A stretch of 64,000 nucleotides of DNA from Heteronotia binoei. Its lineage: Eukaryota. Where the stretch lies: NCBI RefSeq assembly GCF_032191835.1, contig NC_083234.1, positions 1,736,001 through 1,800,000 of the forward strand, in the 5' to 3' direction. Under the pieces are notes generated by a model. The model saw only the letters and a list, made by a program, of their open reading frames with translations. It did not search any database and was not told the origin of the DNA. The position numbers and the translations under genes are program-made. Below, in pieces: positions 23,700 through 36,188 of this stretch. Numbering within the stretch: the first letter of the stretch is position 1; every line of letters starts with the position of its first letter.

Positions 23700-24700
23700 C
23701 CCCCCGCCGGTCAGATGGGTTCCCCACAGGTGGGTCTGCAGCAACAGAAGCACCAAGGTGGAATCAGGAGGGCAAACTAAAACGAAGAACAGCGGCTGCC
23801 TCTACACGATACCTGCTTCCCCACAGAGAAGAATGGAGACCCCGCTTGCCCACAGGGAATAATGGAAACCGGCAAGCATGGATTCCCTCTTCGCTCTCCT
23901 TCGCGCAAGCCTGAGCTCCACTCTTCCCTATGGCCAGGCGGGGCTGCGGAAGGAGAGCGTGGCCTGACCGTGCACTGCGCTCCACTCCTTCTTATGAGGA
24001 GGGGGCTGCTGGGGGAAGGGAAGGGGAGGGGAGGGGGCGCCAGGCCTGCACACCCCCGAGGGCGGGGGGGGAGGGCAAGGCCTCCGGCTGCTGCAGAGGG
24101 AGGGGGGAGGCGGAGGCGCCGCTCTTCCCTGGCTCGACGGAGCCGTCGCAACTGGGCCGAAGGAAGTGGGGACCAGAAGCGCAGCAGCAACCCCCGGATC
24201 CCAGGCGGCGGCACGGGGGGGGAGGGGCCCCAGGAAGGCAGGCGCTCCTGCTTGGCTCCTCCTCCTCTGGCTGCCATCTTCGTGCCAGGAGGAAGTCAGC
24301 CCTTGGCGCCTGCCTGGGCTGGAGGGAGGAGCCTGGCCGGGGGGCGGAGCTGTCCCTGTGGAGCGTCTCGGTCCACCCCCAGGAGGGACCCTGTGCTGAG
24401 CCCAGAAGCGCCGCCCCGCCCCGCCCCGCCATGACCCCTGCAGCAGCCGGCAGCCAAGCCTTCCTTCTCCCGAGCTCCGGCCCTGGGATGGAATCCTCTT
24501 GGTCGCTCCTGAACTCGAACCCGCCTCTCTCCTGCATCAAGGGCTTGGCCGGCTTTTGTAGGGAGAAGAGGAAGCCCAGGGCTGGCTGAATGGGACCATC
24601 CCGGCGGCGGAGGCGAAGGGACCCTGGCCGTCTGGAGTTGGTCTCTGGGAGAACAAGAGGCTGGACTAGTCGGATCCTTGGTCTGACTCAACAGAGGACT
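23700..24700. promoter_or_regulatory. Orphan CpG island between IL10RA and MPZL2
   Basis: GC-box run gccgccccgccccgccccgcc at about 24410-24430 and high CpG density. No recognisable protein. Confidence 0.55.
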
Positions 24701-25311
24701 CCTTTCGCTCCATCCAGCCTTTTCCCTGCTGCAGTTGGCATTTGAAGAGATGAAAAACGACAGTTCCTACACTGCTGCACCCCCCACCCACCCCCCACCC
24801 CGGGTTTGGCTGCTCATTTTACTCCTCTGGCATGTACTTCTCCTGCCGGTGCAGACCAGGCCTACGATATGGGTTTGACTTGCAGAAATCTGGACAGCAG
24901 CCAGCGGTGAAGCACAGCAAGCTCAGTCCATGCAAAACCTCCAGCATCAAGGCCCGTTTGGATGCAATGAGCTCTAAACTGACCACCTGGCAGGGAAACG
25001 GAGCAGTGGAGAAAATCACCACCAAACAATTGTAATTGAGGGATACTGTTGTCCTTGAGAATAAACTCTATAAATAAGAGGGAGGGAGATGTTAGTTTGT
25101 ATATTGGCAGAGAATATATTTTAAAACGCTGTTTTAATGCTTCTGCTGCCATTGGCTCTATTGGAGGGGAAAGTAAAAAATGTAAATGCAAGCAGCAGTC
25201 GTTTCCGACTGGGGTGACGCTGCTTTCACAACGTTTTCACGGCAGACTTTTTATGACCATATAGCAGAACATTTTAAGTTCTATTCATGGTTGGCATTTC
25301 TGCAAGAGTTG

Positions 25312-25521
25312 GTTGCCAACCTCCAGGTGGGGCCTGGAGTTCTCCCAGAATGACAGCTGATCTCCAGGCCACAGAGATCAGTTCCCCTGGAGAAAATGGC
25401 ACCTCCTGAGGGCAGACTCTGGGCCACCACTTCCCTCCAGAGTTCTCTCCACTCCCAAGCCCGCCCTTCTCCAGGCACCACCTCCAACTCTCCAGAAATT
25501 TCCCAGGCTGGAGTTGGCAAC
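25312..25521. mobile_element. MITE / non-autonomous DNA transposon (hAT-like termini)
   Basis: Terminal inverted repeats GTTGCCAAC (25312-25320) and GTTGGCAAC (25513-25521) about 210 bp apart. Confidence 0.7.
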
Positions 25522-25874
25522 ACCAGCTGGTGCTCATTAATCAACACCCAATTGCACTGCATGAATGAAGCACAAATAATGCATTTGCTAATTCTACAGA
25601 TGAGATGACCAGGGAGCCGGAGGTGTGAGGCTAAGTCCCCTAATTTCTCCTCAAGAGTTAACATGAATATTAGAAGGCCTAGTCTGGCTTGCAGGTTTCA
25701 CAATTTCAGTGTTCCTGCAACTTCCATTGTTCTCTCTTTTAAGGCCAGACGCAAGAATGTGTTTATTTATTTATTCCATTTATAATTTAGATTTGTATAC
25801 TGCCCTCCTCTGAATTCATAGAGCTCAAGGCGGTTAACAACATGATGTACAATTTAAAATTGAAAGAACAGATA

Positions 25875-26210
25875 AAAGGAAGTCGTTCTTCACCCAAAGG
25901 GTGATTAACACATGGAATTCCACCACAGAAGGTGGTAGCAGCTACAAGCATAGAGGGCTTCAAGAGGGGATTGGATAAACATATGGAGCAGAGGTCCATC
26001 AGTGGCTATTAGCCACAGTGTATTGTTGGAACTCTCTGTCTGGGGCAAGTGATGCTCTGTATTCTTGGTGCTTTGGGAGGGGGCACAGTGGGAGGGCTTC
26101 TAGTGTCCTGGCACCACTGATGGACCTCCTGATGGCACCTGGGTTTTTTGGCCACTGTGTGACACAGAGTGTTGGACTGGATGGGCCATTGGCTTCTCTT
26201 CTGTTCTTAT
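25875..26210 (+). mobile_element. CR1 3' UTR fragment (same subfamily as 17710-20655)
   Basis: ttcttcacccaaagggtgattaac..gccactgtgtgacacagagtgttggactggatgggcc. Confidence 0.85.
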
Positions 26211-26834
26211 AACATCAGACTGGCACCAAAATACTCATACAATATGCACTGCTATCTTGCTATATGCAGAAGAAACAGAGTAGGGAAAGCATTGGGTAAA
26301 TTGTGAGAACCTGAATTCAGTTGTACAACCAGATAGGAGAGAGGAATTAGAATAACAGAATCATAGGTTGAGAACAGACGGGCATTCTGGAGGAGCCTGG
26401 AGGAGTCCCGAATCGAGATGGCTCAAAAAGAGCTGTCCCAGAGCCTCCACACACTCACCACATGCCGGCCACATCCCGTCCATGAGGCAGCTGGGCCCTC
26501 CACACGGGAAGGCGACCCAGAAGCCAGATTCCATTTTTTCCCCTCGTGTGGGCAAGCGCTGATGCGCACGAGTGCTCCAGTGCTATGAATGGTTTCTTTT
26601 AAAAAGACACCTGGGACCAGCTTGGGGTGGCTGGGCAGTTCCATACCACCAAGTCGCCTCACTCAAACTCTTCCCTATTCAGACGGCGGGGAAACGACTG
26701 ACGGCCGGCTCAAACAATTGCTTGGGAAGTGGCAGCTTTTTGAGCCAGTCTTGGGCACCTGGAGGATGGCTGGCAGATTTTTTGGGCTGACTTCAGAGGC
26801 GTCTCTGAGTTGGCCCCAAGTGCCAGTCTGTAAT

Positions 26835-27620
26835 CAGCCATAGAAGTGGAAGGGATCTCCAGGGTGATCTAGTCCAACCCCCGGCACAATGCAAGAAATT
26901 CAAAAATACCTCCCCCCCACACACACATACATCCCCAATGACCCCTGCTCCACGCCCAAAAGATGGCAAAAACCTCCTGGAGAGCAATTGCTACCTGACC
27001 CCAAAGTTTCAATCAGCATTTCCCTGGCATGTAAGAAAGGGCCACAAGAACTCAGCACTGATGCAGCCCTTCCCGCCCTCCTTCCATGATCTGCCTAATT
27101 CACAGAGTCAGCACTGCTGTCAGATGGCCATCTAGCCTCTGCTTCAAAACCTCCAAGGAAGGAGAGCCCACCACCTCCCGAGGAGGAAGCCTGTTCCACT
27201 GAGGAATCGCTCTAACGGTCAGGAATCATAGAATCCTAGAGTTGGAAGGGACTTCCAGAGTCATCTAGTCCAACCCCCTGCACAATGCAGGAAACTCACA
27301 AAGACCTCCCCCTAAATTCAGAGGATCCACATTGCTGTCAGATGGCCACCTAGCCTCTGCTTCAAAACCTCCAAGGAAGGAGAGCCCACCACCTCCCGAG
27401 GAGGAAGCCTGTTCCACTGAGGAATCGCTCTAACGGTCAGGAATCATAGAATCCTAGAGTTGGAAGGGACTTCCAGAGTCATCTAGTCCAACCCCCTGCA
27501 CAATGCAGGAAACTCACAAAGACCTCCCCCTAAATTCAGAGGATCCACATTGCTGTCAGATGGCCACCTAGCCTCTGCTTCAAAACCTCCAAGGAAGGAG
27601 AGCCCACCACCTCCCGAGGA
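26835..27620 (-). mobile_element. CR1 3' UTR followed by a 218-bp tandem of CR1 3' ends
   Basis: Units start at 27223 and 27441 and are identical by eye over about 180 bp. Confidence 0.9.
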
Positions 27621-27839
27621 AGCTCTCAGATTCTGCTCGGTATCAAGCAGTTAGACTTCTCTGAGATGTGCAGGAAGGAAGTTTTAATGAAATATCAGAC
27701 AGAAGCAAACACTGGTGGTAGGGGACCTGGCCAGAACGAACTTCATTGAATTACAGAGGTGCTTTGTTGCATGCCCAAACTCTGCACACTATACACATTT
27801 AAAACAATTCCCAAGCCTTCAAAAGAGCATTCATTCTTT

Positions 27840-28222
27840 TGAAGCCAGGCTATGCGCAACAAGATCTAGGGCCTTCTCGGTGGCAGCACCAGAACTCTGG
27901 AACACCCTCCCAGAAGCTATAAGGGCCCTGCGGGATTTGTCGGCGTTCCGCAGGGCCTGCAAGACCGAACTGTTTAGACAGGCTTTTCTGGTTGACTGAA
28001 AATGGGCTGCCACCGGACATCCTACAGAAGCTGGTGGTCATAGTCAGAACCCAATACCGCCAGACTGGATTGAGATAGCGTAATAGTTTTAAACTGATAA
28101 ATGTATTATGGTTTTATATGTTTTATGGAATTGATTGTTTTTATGATACTGTAAGCCGCCCTGAGTCCGCTTGCGGAGAGGGCGGAATATAAATGTAAAG
28201 TAATAAATAAAATAAATAAATT
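27840..28222 (+). mobile_element. L2 LINE 3' fragment
   Basis: RAFSVAAPELWNTLPEAIRALRDLSAFRRACKT plus the tail gccgccctgagtcc..gggcggaatataaat..aaataaa. Confidence 0.88.
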
Positions 28223-30535
28223 ACAATATGCTCCAAAGCCAGCACTACCACAAGCCACAACCCCCCCCCCCCCCGCTTATGAAACAATTCCAAAGCTACA
28301 AAACAGAAGTCTGTTTTGGCCCCTGCCCCCTCCCCCCTTGTCCTCTCCCATCACCCAGCTGCCCTCGACAAAGCCAAGCCACCCCCTCTCCCCAGTGTGC
28401 AACTTGGTCTCCCCCCTCATCCTCTCCTGCCACCCTCCTTCCTGGCTTGGCCGGCTAGCACTTCTTCTCACCATTTTTTAATAACATATCACATTTCTTT
28501 AAAAATTAAAAATCAGTAAACTAAAAATGTGAAGTTTCAAGTTTGGCACTCTTCATTTTCCCTACCTTTTATGATAATGGGGGGAGCGCTAGCGGGTGAT
28601 TGGCCTGAGGCGCCAGAAAGCCCGCCCTGACCCCGCTGTGGGGAAATGGGTGGAGATGCAGCAGCCAGGGAAGACGCCGCCTTCACCTTCCGTGGGCGCC
28701 CATGGACTACGCCATGTGTTTTGTTGGCATCACTTTCTGCCTGGGGAAGGGGCCATTCCCAGGCTGCAAGGGCTCAGGGAGCCGACCAACTCCGGGCAGG
28801 CCCCAACACCGCCCACAAATGCCTAGGCGCACTGACAGCTGGCTGCCACGCCCTGATGCCAGTGCCCCTGAGCAACGGGCTGCTTCAACATGCCCACGCT
28901 GACGGAACTGCCGGTCACACTGACGTAGCTGAGACGTTCAACAACGCAGAGGCAGATCTGCTCCCAAAGCGCTTTCAGCCACCGCCCACCCCCACCCCCG
29001 GATTGCTCCGTGAATCTTTCAGACGACTGAAATTCTTACATTCATGAGGCACCCTGGCCTGTTCCTATTAAAATCTGGGTTTTCTAAAAGGAAAATAAGC
29101 TTGGGAATCAAATGGGAAAGAATGCATTAACCAGCCCACAGGGGACAAATAGGACTTAACTTGCTTGAAGTTTAATAAATTTCCCCTTTGAAAAGCAACC
29201 TTTCTTGTATTTCCTTATATCTGTTTTCACTGAACTTTCTTTTGCCAGCCACAAAGTAAGAGGGTTCAAAGGGGGGGGGGGTTGCCTCTCCCCCTTCTAA
29301 CAATTAATTCATTCCAATTTATACCTTTACACAGAAACCTTCTTTTATAATTCTCATCGTTTTACTTGGAGGCCAGTGAAATCTGTTATATAATCTTTTA
29401 TACACCTTAATTAGCTTTCCTAAGAGAAACACACAGTTTCCAGAAAGTTTTAGAATCTTTTACTTCAGCAAATTTTTCAACACGATTTGTCTGTTTATAT
29501 TCTATTACACGAGCCATGCTTAAATTAAACCACATGATATAAATAAGCTGTGACTTAAAACTCACCCTCTTTAAACAGACACAACCTAGAAACAAATCCC
29601 AACCTTTTGACATATCAAAAATATCCTTTTAATAATAACTGGCTGTTAAGAGCCTCCTAGGATCTTTTAGAGTCCAGACTTCTTTCACCTAAACTCATAA
29701 TTCAAGACTGAAGCCGGCATTACGAACACAAGCGTGGGGTGGGGGATGCTGAAAGGGGGGTGATGGAAGGTGTTCTCCGGTTTCTTCCCTCCCCTTCCAA
29801 GCCTCCGGCTGCAGCTCAGAGAAGAAAAAATTCAAGGGGGGGGGGCGGGTTGGAACAGGAACGGGAGACTCCCCAATTGCTTTGTTAAAAAGCCCTTTTG
29901 TTAAAAAGATGCCCCTAGTTGTTGCGCAGACATTTAGCCAGACCAAAAGCTTCTGAACAGAATTCTTTGTAGTGGAAACAGGCACAGCAGCTTCCTATCT
30001 AAACAACTAATGAGAAAGAAACAAACCGGCAACACACTTTCGTGTTTAACCAATTCAGGTCCACCGTTTTTTTCTTCTCACCTTTATTTTCTGCCTAGAA
30101 ACCTGCCTGCCATGTGCGGGGGGGGGGGGGGGGGGGGGCGGCTGCGGGCCGCTTTCTTCTGACTCCGGGAGAGACGCCCGGGCAGGGGGCAGCGCTGCAG
30201 GGCACCCCCCCTCCCCCGAGGCCAAGCCCGGCCGGGGCGGGGCGGGGGAGGCCCTCTCGGGCAAGCAGCAGCTCCGGCGCTTCCGGCGGCGCGAGGGAGA
30301 GACTGGACGGCAGCCACGGGAGGGGGGCGCGCAGGGCACCCAGGCCGCCTTCTGTGCTGCTTCTTCCGGCTTCCTGAGCCCAGCCCCGCCCCAGACGGCG
30401 GCCAGGCCCCCGGGAGGCGGTGGCGGGTGCTGCTGTTGCCGCCGCCGCCGTCCAGGCTCCACCTTCGCCATCCCAGAGCTCCGAGGAGGAGGCCTGAGCG
30501 GAGCGCCACGACCGGCCCGGCCCGGCGAGCCCAGC

Positions 30536-33500
30536 ATGGCCCGAGCGGCGAGAGGCCGCCTGTTGCTGCTGCTGCTGCCGCCGCTGCTGCTGGGTGGGTG
30601 GGGGGGCGCGGGGGGCGGGGCCTCCTTCCAAGCCTTGGCCAGCCTCACCGCGACGCCCCGACGGCGCCCTCCCCCTCCGGCCTCCTGCCCGGCGACGTCC
30701 GCAGGCCGCCCCAGCTGGGGAGGAGAGGCCCGTCAGTGCGCGGGGCCCAGCCTCCCCTCCCTGCGCCCCGCAGACGGCGGCCCCAGCCCCAGGAGAAACA
30801 GGCCTCTCCGCGAACAGGCCCTTCTTCGGCAGCACAGGGCCGCTTTCGCAACCCGGAGCTCCGCAGTCACTTCCCCGACGGCGACGACCAGCCGCCTGGC
30901 CCTGAGTCACCGGGGCGGGGGGGGGAGGGGAGGGAGCCGGCCCGCCAGGCGCAGCGGGATAGACCCCCCACCCGGTCCCCTGAAGGGGGCAGGGGTTCAG
31001 GCACTTCCCAGCGGCCTGTTTCTGGGAAGCCCTTCCCGTCTGGAGGCTGAAGCGCGGGAGGGGGCATCAAGGACCTCTCCTCCCCCTCCCCCTCTCCTCC
31101 AGGGGGTCCTCCTCAGCTTATGGGGGGGGGGGTGCTGGTGAGTGTGTCTCTGGAAGGTTGGCCACGCCCTCCCTCTCTCCCTGTGAAAAGAGCCGGGGAC
31201 CTTGGGGGGGGGGGCAAGCTTTGTGTGCTGTGGGGAGGGGGCTTGGTTTTTCCCGCGACTGTGTCAGCTGAGCCCCTGCGGGGAAGGGGGCGGGGCCTGC
31301 CTCTTGGGCCAGACTCTCCCCTCCGGCTCCAGGGAACCCCCCCCCCCCCCCCGCCGCCGAAGGGCTGCAGGGAGAGCCCAAAGCAGCTCCTCCCCCCAGC
31401 TCTGGAATAAGACAGGGAGATAACAGGCTGTCAGGAGCAAGGAGGTGCCAGTTTCTGGGATGGCTGGAAGTGCCCCCCTCCCAACTAAGTCCAAGTCGGC
31501 ACCCTTCCCCCCGTGCCTGCCTGAGGAGCAGCTTGGGGAGAGGCATGAGTCAGTGCAGCTGCCCTCCTGCTTGGAGGACTCTGAGCAGCCTCACCTGAGA
31601 GGAGGGTTCCTCTCTGCTCCTGGGGCATCTTTAGCACTCGCTGCTGCTGCTGCTGGCTCTCTCTCTCTTTGCTGTCCCCACAACACCCCTGTGAGACCAG
31701 GCAGGCCGAGACAGGGGTCACCCAGGGAGCTTCATGGCCAGGCGAGGACTTCAAGATCCAAGCCTGACCCCGTAGCCTAACAGAGATGCCTCCTGCAGGA
31801 CTCTGCCCCGGGGCAGCGATCGACATCTACACCCCGAGTGCCCTGGAAGTCCTCAACGGGACCGACGTGCGCTTGAAGTGCACCTTCCGCAGCCACGTCC
31901 TTCCTGGGGAAAAGGTGACGGTGACCTGGAACTTCCGGCCCCACTCGGGCGGCCCGGACCAGAATGTGAGTGAGCCTTGGGCGGCAGGCAGCAGGACACC
32001 TTCCGGAGGGAGCTGGCCCCAGAGGCAGCAGAAGGGTGGGGGGGCTGCGGGTGTGGAGGGGCTGCTCACTACCAAACGGGGAGGAGCAGCAAATGCACCA
32101 GAAGACAGAGTCAGAATGCAAGGAGATCATCTGACCCTGCTGGGAAAGGGGGCAAATGCAAACAAGCATATCTGCGGAGCCCTACATCTGGGTAACAACA
32201 GTGTGGAACATGCGTACTGGATGGGGGTGCACTTCTTGGTGTGAACAAGATCTTGGAGTGGAGGTGGGGACGGTAAGTTAAATTTGAGCAACCAACGTGA
32301 TGCAGTGGCAACAAAGGCTAACACCATCGCATCCAGATTGCAAGATGTCCTAGTCCTGCTGTACGCTGCGTTGGTCAGGCCGCACCTGGAGTATTTTATA
32401 AAGTTCTGGAGGCCTCCCTTCAAGAAGGATGCAGGCCGAATGGAGCGGGTGGAGAGGAGAAGCCCTGCAAGCAGGAAAGGCTGAGGAGGGACTTGGGATA
32501 TTCAGTCTGGAGAAGCAGAGATTGAGGGGAACCTGAGTGAAGAAGACTTGCAATCATGGGTTTAAATGAAGGGCAGGAAGGTACAGGCTGGATTTCAGGA
32601 GAAACCTTTTGACAGTCAGAGTTGTTCAGTGGTGGATTCAGCTCCCCTCACCGGCAGTCTTCAAGCAGGGCTGGGCAAACAGCGGTCAGGGATGCTCTAG
32701 GCTCATCCTGCACTGAGCAGGAAGAAGACTGCAAATTTATACCCCGCCCTTCTCTCTGAATCAGAGTCTCAGAGCGGCTCACAATCTCCTAGATCTTCTC
32801 CCCCCACAACAGACACCCTGTGAGGTGGGTGGGACTGAGAGGGCTCTCACAGCAGCTGCCCTTTCAAGGACAACTCCTGCAAGAGCCATGGCTGACCCGA
32901 GGCCATTCCAGCAGCTGCAAGTGGAGGAGGAGAATCAAACCCGGTTCTCCCAGATAAGAGTCCGCGCACTTCACCACTACACCAAACTGGAGGTGGGACT
33001 GGGTGTCCTGTCTGGCCCCTTCCAACTCTGTGATTCTATGATTCTAAAATGAATGTCTGGTTAACAGTCTGGGCTAGAAAAAGTGCTTTCACCCAGCAAA
33101 AAACAAACAGGGAGGGTGCCAGGGGAACCTCAAAGGAGGGGGCATTTCAGGGCAATGCCCTTGCTGGCCCCCCCACCCCCCATCTGCAGGCCAGGCCTGG
33201 CACAAAGAGCAGCAGGACTTGTGCAGAGAGCCTCCACGCTGCTTTCAGCCCTTACAGCAGAGGAGGTGCAAAGCACAGGAGCAGATCAAAGGCAGCCCAG
33301 ATCCCTTCTTGGCCCTTCAGTTCTCACAGGCCTTGCCTTCTGAGGAGGCAGCAGGCTGGGCCAGGCCAGCCCAGGACTCTCTCTGACTGAGGGCCCCGGG
33401 AAGAGTGCGGCTGATTGGTGGCTTGGAGGCTTGACGGACATTCCAGCCCTGCCCCCTCCTTCCCCCAAGTGGTCGATGGTGCCTGGAGCCTCCCTTGGGG

Positions 33501-36188
33501 AAATGGCATCTTCTGGAGGAGGCAGAGGAGCAAAGTAGCCCCCATTCCCCCTCCCTCCCGGGGGAGGGGGGGAATCACTGGGCTCCTCTCTGGCTTCCTA
33601 GGTGTTCTACTACCACGAGCAGCCTTACCCAGCGACGACAGGACACTTTGTGGGCCGAGTGAGGTGGGACGGCAACATCCAGAAGAGCGACGCCTCCCTC
33701 ATGCTTTGGAATGTGAGCCCGGCTGACAACGGCACTTTCCAGTGCCAGGTGAAGAACCCCCCAGACGTGGATGGCAACATCGGGGAGATCCAGCTGGCGG
33801 TTGTGCTGAAAGGTGTGTAGCCTCTGCTCTGAGGCAGGGAGGGGCCACAGCTGGGGCAAAGGGGCTGCTGCTTGCCAATCGCCTCCCACTCGCCTCGACT
33901 TGCCTCTCTTGGCAGATTGGCTGCAATTGCCAGCAGCACTTCAGCCATGACAGAGTTAAAGTGCTGTTGAGCATAAACTGGATGTCACCAATGGAGAAAG
34001 TTTCCTGGATTAGAGAAGGTGGCATTTAGTGGGATTGCTGTGGTCTTTAGTCTGTCTTTGGCTGATCAGTATTTAGGTTAGAAGATGTGCTTTTGGTCAC
34101 ACAGGCGACTCCTTGGTGTTCTTTGTTCTGAAAGCTATAAGGAAAGACGGAGTGGCCACCTTGGCCTTTGCCGGGTCATCGTTAGGATGTAGCTCTAGAA
34201 AGCTCCAGGGTGTTCTCATTTCCATCCAAAGGTATCCCCTCCCTCTTGTCTTGATAGATGACTTTGATGCTGGAGCCTCCGTTTCCCTTTGCTCTGCTCC
34301 ACTGACCTCCCCCCTCCTCTCCTCCCTGCACAGTGACCTTCTCGGAGATCCACATCTTGGCCCTCCTCATTGGCTGTACCTGCCTGTTCATGATCCTCCT
34401 GGTGGTGGGGGTGGTCCTCTGTCGCCAGCAGCGCAGGAAGCGGCAAGAGAAGAAGCTGGAGATGGTGCAGGCAGGGCGGTAAGGAGGGGCGCATCTGGGG
34501 AGCCATCGGGCAGGGCTTGGCCCCGGGCGGCATCTGTACATCCGTCCTTCGGAGGCAAAGCAGGGAGGGGAGGGGGGGGAGTTGAGACTGGTGAATGCCG
34601 TGACTAGGAATTGGGAGCACCGGAGTCCACTCCTCTGGCTCTCGGGGAAACTTGGCCAGGTCCCAGATGGGCCCCAGAGGGGAGGGTACAGTGAGCAGAG
34701 GGCGGCAAGGTGGAGGCAAAGGGAAACCGCAGAGGGCCAAAGGACACGGGGGAGGGGGGGAGGGGCCTAGGTGTGAGTGAGCCCCGTGGGGTGGCCGGCT
34801 GTGAGGCCAGATGTTAGCCAAAATGCCCTCCAAACGAGGTTGGGGAATTAGTTAGGTGGGCACCTGGCTCACTAGGAATCTTTTACCAATGTATACAAGA
34901 ATACACATCCACAAAAGTGATGCTTAAATAATGGGACTCTAATTTAGTAAAACCAATTACAATTTATTAAGAAAAATATAGTCTTCCATACAAGATAAAA
35001 ATACACATACAATCATACACACACACACAGTCCTAAGAAATATAGATAGATGGATAGGGAAACATATAAGGGTAGACACACAGGGTAATATTTACCATCG
35101 TAGTCTTCGAGGAAGGCTCCAATGGCGACATAAGAGGACGGGGGAAATGGACCCAAAACTATGGCCAGAATTGGGGATGGATCTAGACAGCAGAACTGGG
35201 ATACTGTTAGATGCACACCTGTGGGTAGCTAGTCCACAGGTTATACGGCCTCTCTTGAGCCCTCAGGGGATGGGAGGTATCAGGGAGGAGAAAGGGGAGG
35301 CTCTGCCATGACCATGAAGGCTGGACATTTGCAGAGCCAATGGCGAGTTCCTTGGTTGCACCTAATTGGATACCTGTCTTGACCAATGAGCTTGCCTGGA
35401 TTCTGGGTACCTGAAAGAATCTTCCTGATTAGAACAGGCCATGGGGTGGCTCCGAAATGACAGTTGGGAAAATGAATAGAAGTGATTACTAGGTGGGGAA
35501 CACTTAAGATTAGATGGACTTATCTGAAAAGGTGACAATAGAGAATCAAATACTGGCACCAGTCTTTGTTCTGGGTTTCGTTAGACAAAGTTTTGAGTGC
35601 TCTAGCAGGGTATGCTTGGATAAGCTTGATTGCCTTATGCAAAAGCTGAAGCAGCTATTGGATATGGAGTCAGGAAAGCAAGATGGATTCTGGTGGTGTT
35701 AGCCCTTGGTTCATGGAAAATAGGCTAGAAACTGTTTGCTTGTACAGTTCATGGTGGCATGACTTCCTTTACTGCAGCGGCCAAGACTGGGCACACAAGG
35801 AGCAGAATGCTGCTGCAAAGCTGAGGCGTATAGTATCCACATAAGCCTTAGAAACTGTAAGCAAAGTCCACTTCTTAGAGCAGATGTGTGAGAGTCAAAA
35901 CTCCAGGCACCCTGGCAACCATACTGGTGATCACGATGTCCATATGTATGAAAAGTAGGGGGCTTTCCTTACACATAGCTCAGCTCCCTGCAGGAACAGC
36001 CCCTTGCAGGCTTCCTCCAAGGGGCCTTCTGCCCTTGCCCCACACAGGGCGGCATCATGGGCCCCCTCCCTCTCCCCCCCCCCCCCACTGAGACTCTCTC
36101 TGTTGCATTTAGTGACAGGTCAGAGAAAGCCAAGCTGAAGACAGCTGAGCTGGAGGAAATGACGGTCATGCGTGGAGAGCGAGTCTGA
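30536..36188 (+). CDS. MPZL2: Myelin protein zero-like 2 (EVA1), Ig-V adhesion protein, 218 aa
   Basis: Exons 30536-30593, 31799-31965, 33602-33812, 34334-34478 and 36113-36188 (58/167/211/145/76 nt). Motifs [57 protein letters not shown] and FSEIHILAL. Confidence 0.95.
32200..32715 (+). mobile_element. Degenerate CR1 fragment in MPZL2 intron 2
   Basis: [31 protein letters not shown]. Confidence 0.8.
32721..32990 (-). mobile_element. MIR/Ther1-type SINE (Squam3-like)
   Basis: Reverse complement of the 43444 element. Confidence 0.9.
34860..35900. mobile_element. Possible LTR/DIRS-type remnant in MPZL2 intron 4
   Basis: Abrupt AT-rich block with clustered CCAAT boxes (about 35337-35390). Termini not defined. 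Confidence 0.3.

Noticed and set aside
24166-24399. Signal-peptide-like stretch AWLLLLWLPSSCQE as a first exon
   Set aside because: There is no in-frame ATG, the donor is weak, and I found no downstream exon.
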